Assembly: GCA_044229975.1 (NCBI GenBank)
Contig: JBGARZ010000010.1
Coordinates: 1-64,000, forward strand
DNA length: 64,000 nucleotides
Direction of reading: 5' to 3'
Source of the DNA: Polyangiales bacterium
GTDB taxonomy: Bacteria; Myxococcota_A; Polyangia; Polyangiales; Ga0077539
Made by a program: the position numbers and the translations under genes. Under the pieces are notes generated by a model. That model was given only the letters and a program-made list of their open reading frames with translations, was not told the origin of the DNA and made no database searches. Positions 28,625-38,700 of the stretch are shown here, one piece after another (positions within the stretch are counted from its first letter, which is position 1; each line of letters opens with the position of its first letter).

Positions 28625-28996
28625 TCAGGGCCCGGCGTCGGCCGTCACGCACTGCACGAAGGCGGCGGTCTCGGTGCGGCACCCCATGGTCGTGGGAGTG
28701 TTGGCGGGCGACGAGCAGGTGTACGTGGCGGACGCGAGACAGCGCGACACGGCGTTGATCGCCGACGCGCACTGCGGAAACATCGTCAGGCTCGACTGAC
28801 AGCCCGACACGCAGTTGCCCATCTGGAACGCCGAGCAGTTCGCCCGCCCCTGCGCGGCGCAGGCCTCATTGCAGGTGTTGCCGCCGCCGCCCGTGACGCC
28901 GCTGTCGAGCTCGCCGGACATGCCGGTGTTGTTGACCGCAGTGCCGCAGCCCATGAGCGCCATCATCCCGAATGCCACTGACCATCGCATCGTCAT
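28625..28996 (-). CDS. Cys-rich lipoprotein
   Basis: ALMGC lipobox followed by multiple Cys. Confidence 0.75.
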   Translation of the reverse strand: MTMRWSVAFGMMALMGCGTAVNNTGMSGELDSGVTGGGGNTCNEACAAQGRANCSAFQMGNCVSGCQSSLTMFPQCASAINAVSRCLASATYTCSSPANTPTTMGCRTETAAFVQCVTADAGP

Positions 28997-30030
28997 CGCG
29001 CGACCTCCCGGTGTCTCGATCCCGCTCCGACGCTACGCGAGGCCGCCGCGCGATTGCCACTGCGATCGACGACGGCAGCGCGGGCACCCGCGAGCAGGCG
29101 ACGCGCCGCGGTCTCCAACGCCGGTGCGAGCTCCGGCGGGTCGAGCAGCTCGAAGTCCACGTTGGCGTGCAGGATGAGCGCCGCCAGCGCCCCTTCGGTG
29201 TCGGCGCCCACGGTGAGGATCGTGCGTCGCGGTGAGCGCGCTACGAGCGTTCCGACCCAGGAGGGGATCTTCGCGGCGAGCTCGTCGACAGCGCCCACGA
29301 GCAGGAGGCGGGCGCGGAAGCGGTAGGGGGCTGACGTGAGCGAGCGCGCGACGTAGGCCGCGATGCCCTCCGGGGGCTCTGCGGGGACGAAGCGGCGGGC
29401 CGTCACGTCGACGTCGCGAGAGGCGATGCGGTCGACGCGAAAGGTGCGGAAGTCGTCGCGGTCGACGTCGCGCGCGACGAGGTACCAACGCATGCGCGCG
29501 TGGACGAGGCGCAGCGGTTCGACGGTGCGTCGACTGGGCGCGCCGTGCGAGTCCAGGTAGGAGAAGCGGGCTTCGACGGCGTCGCGACAGGCACCGGCGA
29601 GCGTCGCCAGCACGCGGAAGTCGATGCGCGGGCGACCATCGGGCAGCGTGAGCGTGGCCGCCTCGATGGCGCCGAGCTTGCGCCGCGCCCGCGGGGGCAA
29701 CACCTGGTTGAGCTTCGCCAGCACGCCGACCGCGACGTCCTCGGCGGGGCCGCCCGATCCGGCGCTTGCCGCGAGTGCGACGGCCACCGCCACGGCCTCG
29801 TCGTCGTCGAGCAGCAGTGGTGGCGTGGTGGTTCCGCGGCCCAGGCGGTAGCCGCCTCCGACGCCCGCGGAGGAGTCGATGGTGTAGCCGAGGTCGCGGA
29901 GTCGATCGACGTCGCGGCGGAGGGTGCGAACGTCGACCTCCAGGCGTTCGCTGAGCTCGCGCCCCGACCAGTCCCCGCGCGCCTGCAACAGCGACAGCAG
30001 GCGGAGCACGCGCGTCGAGGTGAGAAGCAT
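28993..30030 (-). CDS. YafY-type HTH + WYL domain transcriptional regulator
   Basis: RVLRLLSLLQ, VDVRTLRRDVDRLRDLGY, WYLVARDVDRDDFRTFRVDRI. Confidence 0.92.
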   Translation of the reverse strand: MLLTSTRVLRLLSLLQARGDWSGRELSERLEVDVRTLRRDVDRLRDLGYTIDSSAGVGGGYRLGRGTTTPPLLLDDDEAVAVAVALAASAGSGGPAEDVAVGVLAKLNQVLPPRARRKLGAIEAATLTLPDGRPRIDFRVLATLAGACRDAVEARFSYLDSHGAPSRRTVEPLRLVHARMRWYLVARDVDRDDFRTFRVDRIASRDVDVTARRFVPAEPPEGIAAYVARSLTSAPYRFRARLLLVGAVDELAAKIPSWVGTLVARSPRRTILTVGADTEGALAALILHANVDFELLDPPELAPALETAARRLLAGARAAVVDRSGNRAAASRSVGAGSRHREVAR

Positions 30031-30046
30031 CGCGACGAAACTATCG

Positions 30047-30064
30047 AGGACCGATCCTGTCCGC
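30047..30064. promoter_or_regulatory. putative WYL-regulator operator
   Basis: imperfect palindrome GGACCGATCCTGTCC between the divergent WYL and GFA genes. Confidence 0.5.
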
Positions 30065-30115
30065 AATCGTGGGTAGAAGTGTCTCTACCGCCAGAGAGCG
30101 GAGAAGGAGCCGACG

Positions 30116-30502
30116 ATGGACAAGAAGCGCTACCAGGGGAGCTGCGCCTGCGGGCGGGTGAAGTTCGAGGCCGACATCGACATTTCGCAGGGCACCCACA
30201 AGTGCAACTGCACCCACTGCTGGAAGCGGCGGTGGTGGTCGGTGAAGGTGCAGCCCGACGACTTCCGCGTGCTGTCGGGCGGTGACGCGCTCGACCCGTC
30301 GGGGCGCTTCTGCGCGGCGTGCGGCGTGGTCACCCATCGCCACGCGCCCGTCGCCGAATGGAACCCCACGGCCTATGTCTCGGTGAGCGTGGCGAGCCTC
30401 GACGACCTCTCGCATGCCGACCTCGTCGCGGCGCCGGTCACCTACTACGACGGGCTCCACGACAACTGGTGGCAGACGCCGGCCGAGGTGCGCCACCTCT
30501 GA
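30116..30502 (+). CDS. GFA/CENP-V family Zn protein
   Basis: YQGSCACGRV, CNCTHC, FCAACG, YYDGLHDNW; AGGAG RBS. Confidence 0.9.
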   Translation: MDKKRYQGSCACGRVKFEADIDISQGTHKCNCTHCWKRRWWSVKVQPDDFRVLSGGDALDPSGRFCAACGVVTHRHAPVAEWNPTAYVSVSVASLDDLSHADLVAAPVTYYDGLHDNWWQTPAEVRHL

Positions 30503-30590
30503 CGGCGGGGCGCTGGGTCGTCGCGCACGAGCACCACTCGCTTCTTCTCCGCAGCGGACGCGAAGGGTTGAAGAGCCATCGCTCATGTCA

Positions 30591-30706
30591 GCCCAATGCC
30601 CCTCACCGTCGCGAAGCGACGGGCGGCGCTTCGTCGGAAGAAAGGCCGCAAGGGCGCCAGGACCGCAAGGAGAAGGGTCGGCAACGAAGCATGAGAGGCG
30701 TTGGGC
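30591..30706. other. structured intergenic element (multi-stem; attC-like ends or ncRNA)
   Basis: GCCCAATGCCCCTCA pairs with TGAGAGGCGTTGGGC; internal hairpins. Confidence 0.35.
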
Positions 30707-30886
30707 AAATGTGAGCGGATGACCTCCAACCTTTCAAAGCCCCCTGTGGAGTGGCACCAGGAGCGTCGAACGCTCCCCACCCGATGAGCCGCCGTAGATG
30801 CTCGTTTGAGGAACTCATACCGATTCACCCCGTCGGTCGTTGACGGTCCTTGTCGCCGACCGGGACGCTCCCCATCGACGGCGATC

Positions 30887-32236
30887 ATGCGTGCGTGGGT
30901 GCTCGCGTTGGCGCTCATCTCAACCGCGTGTCGTCGGTCGCATCGACTGCGCCCGCTGTTGCCATCACTCGCCGCGTGCTCGCCCGCCGACGCCGTGAAG
31001 TACCCGCGGCTCGCGGGCTCCGTCCCGTTGCGCCACGCCTCGGCCCAGGCGCCGCCGCTGCGCTTCGGCACGGGCCATGTCGTAGACCTCATCGCGGCCT
31101 CACCAGACGCGCGCTGGACGGCCCTCGCACAACCTGTCGCTGACACCGACGGCGACGGTGTCATCGCGACGAGCTCCGGCCCCCACGGCTCACGCTTCGG
31201 TGATCGCATGCAACCCTTCCTCGCGTGGGACGACAGCACGACGGAGCCCATCGACGACTTCATCGACGGCTCGCGCGACGGGCGCTTCGTCGCGATCGTC
31301 CGCGGTCGCGCGCTGCGGGTGATGGACACGCTCACCCGCCAGGAGAGCACCCTCGACGGCGCCCGAACGCCCGTCTACCGACGTCGCTCCGACGCCTTCG
31401 ACGCCGAGGGAGCGCGCTTCGTCTGGGTGCGCTCCAGTCCCGAGGGCGATCGCGTCGTCGTGCGCTCGCTCGACACCGGACGCGACCGCGCTTTCGCGCC
31501 CCGTCAGAGAACCCTCCGCCGCGCGAGCATCGACGAGTCGGGGTCGTGGGTGCTGGCGCGTGTCGGCGATGCGTCCGGGGTGTGGGCCGCGCCCGTCGAC
31601 GGCTGCGAGATGCGCGCTCGGCCGGGCTTCGTCACGGTGGTGGGGCGCTTCCTCGTACAGCGTCGACCCGACGGTGCGCTCGTCGCGACGACGCCCGACG
31701 AAGCCTCCGCCGTGTGGGCTCCGGCTGACTGTCAGGGGGAGGTCATCACCCGCTCGCCGTCGATGGAGCGGCTCCTCGTCGTGTGCCGAACGACCCGCGC
31801 GGTGAGCCTCCACGGCCCGACGACCCACTGCGCGCTCCCACTGCGCGGCATCCTTCCTCGCGATGAACCCACCACCGTCCAGAACGTCACCTTCGTTACT
31901 GGCGCAGACGAGGCCTCGCATCGTGTTGACCTCGACGCCGCGCGCGTCGACGTGGAGAGCTTCGGCGGCGCGCCACCGCCCCTGCCAACGATCTGGCTCT
32001 CCACGACGACCGAGCACAGCGCCATCTCCAACGGCGTGTGGGTCGACTTCGTCGGCGGGACCTACGCGCTCGTCCACGACACTCGGGCGCTCGCGGTCGA
32101 CGTCTACGGGCGGATGCTGCTCGCCGTGGGAGACGACGCGGTCGACGGGTGGGGCATGCGGCGGGGGCCGCTCGTGTGGCGGCGGCCGGTGTTCACGCCG
32201 CTGCGCTTCGGGTGGACGTCGGGCATGGTGCCATGA
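30887..32236 (+). CDS. hypothetical secreted protein or lipoprotein (propeller-like)
   Basis: MRAWVLALALISTAC signal; SPDARW, DTDGDG, SRDGRFV motifs. Confidence 0.6.
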   Translation: MRAWVLALALISTACRRSHRLRPLLPSLAACSPADAVKYPRLAGSVPLRHASAQAPPLRFGTGHVVDLIAASPDARWTALAQPVADTDGDGVIATSSGPHGSRFGDRMQPFLAWDDSTTEPIDDFIDGSRDGRFVAIVRGRALRVMDTLTRQESTLDGARTPVYRRRSDAFDAEGARFVWVRSSPEGDRVVVRSLDTGRDRAFAPRQRTLRRASIDESGSWVLARVGDASGVWAAPVDGCEMRARPGFVTVVGRFLVQRRPDGALVATTPDEASAVWAPADCQGEVITRSPSMERLLVVCRTTRAVSLHGPTTHCALPLRGILPRDEPTTVQNVTFVTGADEASHRVDLDAARVDVESFGGAPPPLPTIWLSTTTEHSAISNGVWVDFVGGTYALVHDTRALAVDVYGRMLLAVGDDAVDGWGMRRGPLVWRRPVFTPLRFGWTSGMVP

Positions 32237-32314
32237 GCCCTAACACCGGCGTGGTGTTCAGGTTGGAGGGACCGGCATTCGTGATAGACCGTCGCGGTCG
32301 ACGAGCACGGCCGG

Positions 32315-32557
32315 GTGATGGATGTGCCCGCGGTGATGGCGCGGCTCAGGGACCGGCCGCTGCGGGAGCAGGCGCAGTGGCGCTACCAGTTGATGGCGGG
32401 ACGCGGTCGGCCCGCGCGGCTGCTGGAGGTGCGCCGCTGTGGCGGGCGGTTGCTCGTGCGGGTGGCGGGATGGGGGACGAGGTACAGCGATCTGATGGAC
32501 TTCGACACGGGCGCGGTGACGCGTCTTCGGGACGAGGAGGAGCCAGATTGCCAGTAG
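32315..32557 (+). CDS. small hypothetical protein
   Basis: 80-aa ORF; overlaps the 3' end of an opposite-strand ORF. Confidence 0.3.
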   Translation: MMDVPAVMARLRDRPLREQAQWRYQLMAGRGRPARLLEVRRCGGRLLVRVAGWGTRYSDLMDFDTGAVTRLRDEEEPDCQ

Positions 32558-33665
32558 CGGTTGGGGGCGCCGATCGATCGCAGCAACCGTGTTCGCAGCT
32601 CCGCCAGGTCACCTGTTGGGCTTCGGTGGTTGGCACTCCGAGCAGGTGGACGTCCTCGATGCGGAGGAAGGCGTGCCCCTGAAACGACCCGATCATCACG
32701 GGCGTTCGGCAGTCGTCTTCGACCGTCGATGCGTTGATGAGCTCGGCCCACGCACTGCCGCGGCGCACGAGGACGCGCCCAACGGCTCGCCCGCGCACCG
32801 TCGCCCACGGGAGTGATCCGCGCTCGGCGTAGACCGTCGCGCCGTCGACGAGATCGGCCCTTCCGTAGAAGTCGCCGGGCGCGAGCCCGATCTGCCCGGA
32901 TCCCGTCCCGCTGCCGTGGCCCGAGGTCCCGGTGTTTCCCATGCCGATCGAGTCCACCGATCGCAGCAGTCGACTCGGCAACCACCCGACCACGCGGACG
33001 CCCGACGCGTCGTCGTAGGCCGTCATCCGCCACCACGCGCCGCGACGCGCGACACGTTGCAGGCTGGTGATGTCACTGACGCGCACCGCTCGACCCGAAG
33101 CCGGGTGCTCGCGAAACCAGACGAAGCGGGTTCGCGTGATCCACATGCCTTCGTCGGTGATCAGGGGCGCTGGCGTCTCGGGCGTTTGTTCGTCGCTCGC
33201 GGCGCGCGGGAGCGGACCCTCGCTGAGCTCGAGCGCGTCGCACGGGATCGGCAGGTCATACAGCGTCATCGTCGGGAGACCGAGGTCCATCCGCACCGCT
33301 CCGCCGATGACCCGTCGTCGCGTCAGGTGTTGATGCGCTGGCAGGCGGACCATTCCCCCGTAGAGCTCGATGTCTTCCCGGCTACCGAACGCATCATCAG
33401 CGAACTCCCCGACGCCACGGAACGCGATCGGCCCCGTCGCCGTCACCGCCATGCGATCGCGACTCGCCATCGTCACGACGATCGGCGCGCCGCACATCCA
33501 GACGTCGAATGGCGGCTGCCGCGGGGCCGGAGCCACCTCGATGAAGCCGCGAAAGACGGCGGGTACTTCGCAGACCTGCGCGGCGGCTGTTCGGGGGACG
33601 AGCGCGATCGAGAGGGCGGTGAGCGTGAGACGGAAGACTCCGTGGAACGACGATCGTGCGGGCAC
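32346..33665 (-). CDS. hypothetical secreted protein
   Basis: signal peptide ending AAA-Q; globular composition; C-terminal tail uncertain. Confidence 0.6.
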   Translation of the reverse strand: MPARSSFHGVFRLTLTALSIALVPRTAAAQVCEVPAVFRGFIEVAPAPRQPPFDVWMCGAPIVVTMASRDRMAVTATGPIAFRGVGEFADDAFGSREDIELYGGMVRLPAHQHLTRRRVIGGAVRMDLGLPTMTLYDLPIPCDALELSEGPLPRAASDEQTPETPAPLITDEGMWITRTRFVWFREHPASGRAVRVSDITSLQRVARRGAWWRMTAYDDASGVRVVGWLPSRLLRSVDSIGMGNTGTSGHGSGTGSGQIGLAPGDFYGRADLVDGATVYAERGSLPWATVRGRAVGRVLVRRGSAWAELINASTVEDDCRTPVMIGSFQGHAFLRIEDVHLLGVPTTEAQQVTWRSCEHGCCDRSAPPTATGNLAPPRPEDASPRPCRSPSDRCTSSPIPPPARATARHSGAPPAAARADRVPPSTGSATAPAPAAAGP

Positions 33666-33747
33666 TGTGACGACAACGCGGCGGCGACCACGGGCGTGAC
33701 CCGCTCGTCGCGCGAGCGCCTATGATCGCGGCGACGCTGACGCCGAC

Positions 33748-34896
33748 ATGCCGCTCCCGCTGCCCACCGAGATCTTCTACCGCCTCTGCCTCTTCGCGGC
33801 GCTGCTCGCGCTCGTCGCGGTCCGCGTCTTCCTGCCCGACCTCTGGCGAACCCGCGCGGGTCGACTCGCGCTCGCGGCCTTCGTGCTCGTCCTCGCGGCC
33901 GGTGCGATCGGTGTCGCCACGGGCGGTGAGTCCCACGCGTGGCCGCGCATGCTCGCCACGATGATCGTGCTCGCGGTGGCGTTGCCGGCGCTGCTCGCGC
34001 TCCCGCTCTCGGCGCTGGTGCGTCGTGTCGGTCGTCGGTCGTCGCCTCCCGACTCGCCTTCGCGACGGGCCATCGTCGGGTGTGCGGCGGCCGCGATCCC
34101 GGTGGGCTGCGCCTCGCTCTCCGCGCGGGCCATTCACGTCGCGCGAGAGACCCCGGAGGTCCCCCGTCTGCGCTTCGCATTGCCCAATCTACCGCCTGCG
34201 TTGGATGGGCTCCGCGTCCTCCAGCTCACCGACCTCCACCTGGGCCTCGATCGAACGCTCCACGACCTCGAAGCCCTCCTCCGCCGCGCCGAGCGCGAGC
34301 GGCCCGACCTCGTCGTCATCACCGGCGACCTCGCCGACGACGTGACCCTCGTCGAGCCCGCGGTCCACCTCGTCGCACAGCTCCGTCCGCGCCTCGGGGT
34401 GTTCGCGATCCTCGGCAACCACGAGTACCACCCGGGCATCCGACGCACCCTGCGCGCCTTCGATCGCAGCCCCGCGCGGCTCCTCGTCGACGCGTCGGCC
34501 GTCGTCCCGGTCGGCGACGTGCGCCTTGCGCTGCTGGGCATCGACGACCCGCTGCGCTCGCGCGGGGCCGATGGGTTCTTCCGTGAGCGCATCGACCGCG
34601 CGCAAGATGGTGTTCCGAGCGACGCGCTGCGGGTGCTGCTCAGCCATCGACCCGAAGCCTTCGACGCGGCGGCCAACACAGGCGTCGCGCTCACGCTCGC
34701 GGGCCACACCCACGGCGGACAGCTCGCGGTCGGCGGTCGCGCCCTCGTCGAGCGGGCGGGCATCTCGCGCTACCCCTACGGGCGCTACACGAAGGGCGCG
34801 AGCCAGCTCTACACGAGCGCGGGCTTCGGGCATTGGTTTCCGTGGCGCGCGGGGTGTCCCGCGGAGGCGCCGCTCGTCGTGCTGGCGCGGGGCTGA
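33748..34896 (+). CDS. membrane-anchored metallophosphoesterase (YkuE/YaeI-like)
   Basis: DLH, TGD, GNHE, LLSHRP, GHTHGGQ. Confidence 0.9.
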   Translation: MPLPLPTEIFYRLCLFAALLALVAVRVFLPDLWRTRAGRLALAAFVLVLAAGAIGVATGGESHAWPRMLATMIVLAVALPALLALPLSALVRRVGRRSSPPDSPSRRAIVGCAAAAIPVGCASLSARAIHVARETPEVPRLRFALPNLPPALDGLRVLQLTDLHLGLDRTLHDLEALLRRAERERPDLVVITGDLADDVTLVEPAVHLVAQLRPRLGVFAILGNHEYHPGIRRTLRAFDRSPARLLVDASAVVPVGDVRLALLGIDDPLRSRGADGFFRERIDRAQDGVPSDALRVLLSHRPEAFDAAANTGVALTLAGHTHGGQLAVGGRALVERAGISRYPYGRYTKGASQLYTSAGFGHWFPWRAGCPAEAPLVVLARG

Positions 34897-34927
34897 CCGA
34901 CGGTTCGGCAGAACGGGCAACAGTGGT

Positions 34928-35305
34928 TCAAGCGCAGAGGGACAGCGAACGCTGAATCTTGCGGAGCGCCTCAATGAACTCGGTGCCATCGAAGATCGTG
35001 CAGAAGCCGGAGCTGACCAGGTTGCTGGCGCCGCTGGCGACGAGGTGGCGTTCGAGGGCGGCGAGCTCGCTCGCGAAGGCGGCGCGCTCGGCGGCGGGAA
35101 CTGCGAGGCGAACGGCGTCGACGCCGAAGTCGAACGCCTCCAGACCGCAGCACTCCGCGACGCAAGCCCGCTCCATCGCCTGCCAGATGTCCCAGCGGTC
35201 GTGGAGGAGGTCGTCGATCGCGAGGGAGTCGGTGGGGTCGAGCGCGGTGGCTGCGGTCATCACCCAGGCGTCGGGGCCGTCATCGCTGCGATCGTCGTCA
35301 CCCAT
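34928..35305 (-). CDS. hypothetical protein with CxxxCCG motif
   Basis: ERACVAECCGLEAFDF; AAGGAG RBS upstream. Confidence 0.6.
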   Translation of the reverse strand: MGDDDRSDDGPDAWVMTAATALDPTDSLAIDDLLHDRWDIWQAMERACVAECCGLEAFDFGVDAVRLAVPAAERAAFASELAALERHLVASGASNLVSSGFCTIFDGTEFIEALRKIQRSLSLCA

Positions 35306-35342
35306 GATCAATGCGCGCTCCTTTGCCTGGACGAGCAAACAG

Positions 35343-35627
35343 CTACCAGCGCCAGAGCGTCGCGAGGTCGAGCTCCACCGCGTCGAAGGGCTCCGCGCGC
35401 ACCACGTCGTCGCCGCTGACAGCGAGGACGAGCAGCCACCCGTCCGTCACTGTCAGCACCCAACCGCCCGGCCCGCCGCGGCCTCGGTCGAAGGGTCCGC
35501 GCAGCTCGCCGTGGAGCTCACCGCCCGCTCGCTGATGCACAGGGCGTGGCCTCCGCATGGTGTGCAGCGTCCCCGCGATGATCTCCGCGAGCACATCTGC
35601 AGGTGCGTTGCGGTACCCGGCGACCAC
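35343..35627 (-). pseudogene. Uma2 (DUF820) family endonuclease relic lacking the catalytic core
   Basis: AEIIAGTL...RPRPVH...GPFDRGRGGPGGW is joined directly to the C-terminal VRAEPFDAVELDLATLW. Confidence 0.7.
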
Positions 35628-35792
35628 CTCCGCGGAGAGGCCCGGAAACTCCGGGTCGAGCGAGCGTGGAGGGTCCGATGCGCGTTGGTACCACGGGCGG
35701 TGTGTCCTGATCGGGGACTGGAGGTCGGCCGTCGCTCCCCTCCGCTTCGCTCCGGGTGAGGCGGTGACTGGAGACGTGGCCGGGCGCTCCCG

Positions 35793-38700
35793 TTACAGGT
35801 GCGTCGCCGTCTCCTTCGCGCTCTCGCCCGGCGCGTCCGTCGTCGGCGCACCCGCCAGCGGCGGCTCGTCGATGTCGCTCGGGACGCTGGGCGCCTCGTG
35901 CTCACCGCGCACGGGATTCCGCGCCAGCTCGACGAAGCGCGCCATCGCCTGCACCGACATCGAGAAGTCCGCCGCGCGGAAGCGCGCGCGCCCGATGAGG
36001 AAGAACACCTCGGGGTGACGCTCGGTCCACGCGGGCTCCTCCACAACCAGCGACTCCAGCGTCTCGGCGGCGTCCTCGAAGCGGCTGTCGCGGTCCTGCA
36101 ACAGCGCCGCGCGGTACAGCAGATACCCGTAGAGCAGCCGCATCCCCGGGCCCGAGCGGTCGCGCACCGTCACGGGCAGCGCGGCCAGCGCCTCCAGCGC
36201 CTGCTCGTAGCGGCCGTTGTCCACCGCGCGACGCGCGTCGCCGAAGGTCTGCTCCAACTGCCGCGCGCCCTCTTGCGACATGTCGGGCCCCGGCGTCGGT
36301 GGCTCCAGCCGGATGGTCGGCTCGCGCGGCGTCGTGGTCGCGTCCCAGATGCTCGCGGCGCGGCTCAGCTCGGGAATGTCCACGGCCCCGCCCGGCGCGT
36401 GGGAAGCGGCCTCGACGGCCTCGTGCAGCACCGCATCGGAGCGGCGCGGACGGCCCGCGGCGAGCAACGACACCGCGAGGTTGGCGAGGTGCCGCGCACG
36501 GGCAGGCGCGTCGAGGTTGGACGGCAGCTCGTTTTCGACGCGGCCGTAGGTCCAGTCGTCGCTGTACATGGTCTCGACGTAGCCCGAAAACGCGTCGAAC
36601 CCGATGAGGTCGCGCGGCGCCGCGAACTCGATGAGCGCGTTGTCGTCGGTGTTGAGCGGAGCGGGGATGCGGCGGCAGGTCGGCAGCGCGCACTCACCCA
36701 GACCGTTGGAGCGCAGGTCGGTGCGCCAGCTCCCGCGTTCGAGGCGCTCGTCGAGGTGGGCGAAGCGCTGCACCTCCTCGCGGCTGGCGAAGAGCATGCG
36801 CGCGAGAAGATCGGAGGCCGACGTGGCGTGCGAGGGCTCGATGGCCGCGCGGATGGTGGGATTCTGGAGCTGCCGGTCGATGTGCGCGGGGTCGAGGGGG
36901 ATGGGCCGGAAGGAGCCCAGCATGATGGTGTCGGAGCTGTACGCATCCGCCGCAAACACCCGCACGTACGGGAACACCGACGCGAAGGTCCGGTAGATGG
37001 TCTTGATGTTGTTGGGCGACATCTCGTAGAGCTGCACCCACTGCACGAAGATGCCGTCCGGGGTGAGCGACTGCGTCGCCGCGCGGAAGTGGTCGGCGGT
37101 GAAGAGGTTGGAGACGCCGGTGATCCACGGGTTGGACGGCTCGGAGATCACCACGTGGTACCGGCGGTCGGTGCCCGCGAGGTAGTTGCGGCCGTCGTTG
37201 TTGATGAGGTTGAGCCGCGGCATCTCCACGAAGGGAAACTGGCGCTCGCGGGTGAACGTGAGGTGGTTGACGTCGGCGAAGTAGCGCGCGGCGTCGGGGA
37301 TCCAGCGCTCCAGCTCCACGTCGTCCACGCGCCGCACCGGAAACTGCAACGTCGTCCCGATGGTCACGCCCGAGCCGAAGCCGACGATGGCGACGTCGAG
37401 GTTCTCGGGCCCGCGCGGATGCAGCAGCAGCGGATAGCCCGCGACGAGCACCTGCGTCGGCATGTCGTCACCGTTGGAGGCGTCGACCTTGCCGTTGTTC
37501 TTGAGCGCGAAGTGCACGCGGTCGGCGCCGAGGGACCAGCGCTCGACGGTGACCGTCGTCGTGACGCCGTCGCGGTAGTAGATGGGGTTGTCGCTGCCGA
37601 GGTGGGTGGCGCGGTCGCCGGCGCCCTGCTCGATGCAGCGTCCGTCGCGGCGCTGGATCATCCCGTCGGCGAGCGAGAGGCGGAAGACGCCGGTGGTCAT
37701 CTCGGCCTGGTCCCACGGGCGGGGGAAGATGCGGAGCGTTCCGCGCGAGCGGGCGAGGCGACCCTCGCGGCCGAGCGTGGCGCCGACGGTGGTGACCGCG
37801 AGCAGCACCGCGCACAGCGGGACGAGGAGGTACTTCACGGGCTCCTCGCCGGGGGAGGCGAGCAGCAGCGCGAGGGCGAGCGCGAGGTTGACCGCGACGG
37901 CGATGTACATGGCCGTCTCCATGCCGACCCACGGCATGATGACGAAGCCCGTGAGCAGCGACCCGAGGATCGATCCGATGGTGTTGACCGTGTAGACCGA
38001 CGAGGTGTCCTGGCCGACCTTGTCGCGGCTCGCGGCGTAGGCGCGCACGCCCAGCGGGAACGCCGCGCCCATGCCGACGGCAGCAGGCAACGCGCAGAGC
38101 AGGGCGGTGACGAAGGAGAGCCACTGGATGGCGCCGACGTGTTCGGAGAAGCGCACCGTCTCGTGGGCGTCGCAGTTGGTCGTCGACGACAGCGCCAGGT
38201 AGACGAACATGCGCGGGATGCGGTCCTGGAAGAAGTACGTGACGATGGCGCCCGAGGCGATGAGGAGCTGCGTGATGGAGAGCGCCAGGGTGGGGCGACG
38301 CCACGCGGCGGAGATGGCGGTGCCGAGGAGCACGACGAGGGTGGCGATGACCCAGATGAGCCGCGACACGCTGGTCTGGTAGACGACGAACTGGAGCAGC
38401 GCGACGGCCTCGATGGACCCGGCGATGGCGAGCGTGACCATGGGGGAGGGGCGCGCGCGGAGGATGGCGGAAGCGAGGCCGGCGCCGCCGCCGATGCCGA
38501 TGAGGAAGCCCATCAGGATGATGGTGAACGAGTAGATCGACGACCCGATGACCATGTCGAGCGCGCGGGAGAGGATCACCTCGTAGGCGAGCGCGGCGAA
38601 GCCGGAGCCCGCGGCGGCGAGCAGCACCACGATGCGGGTGGTGCGGGTTGCCGTCTCTTCGAGGAGGTCGTCCTCATCGGCGACGGCCTCGGGCGCGTCG

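Noticed and set aside
24700..35700. Integron cassette array
   Set aside because: Mixed gene orientations, housekeeping rpiA inside, no integrase, and at most one doubtful attC-like site
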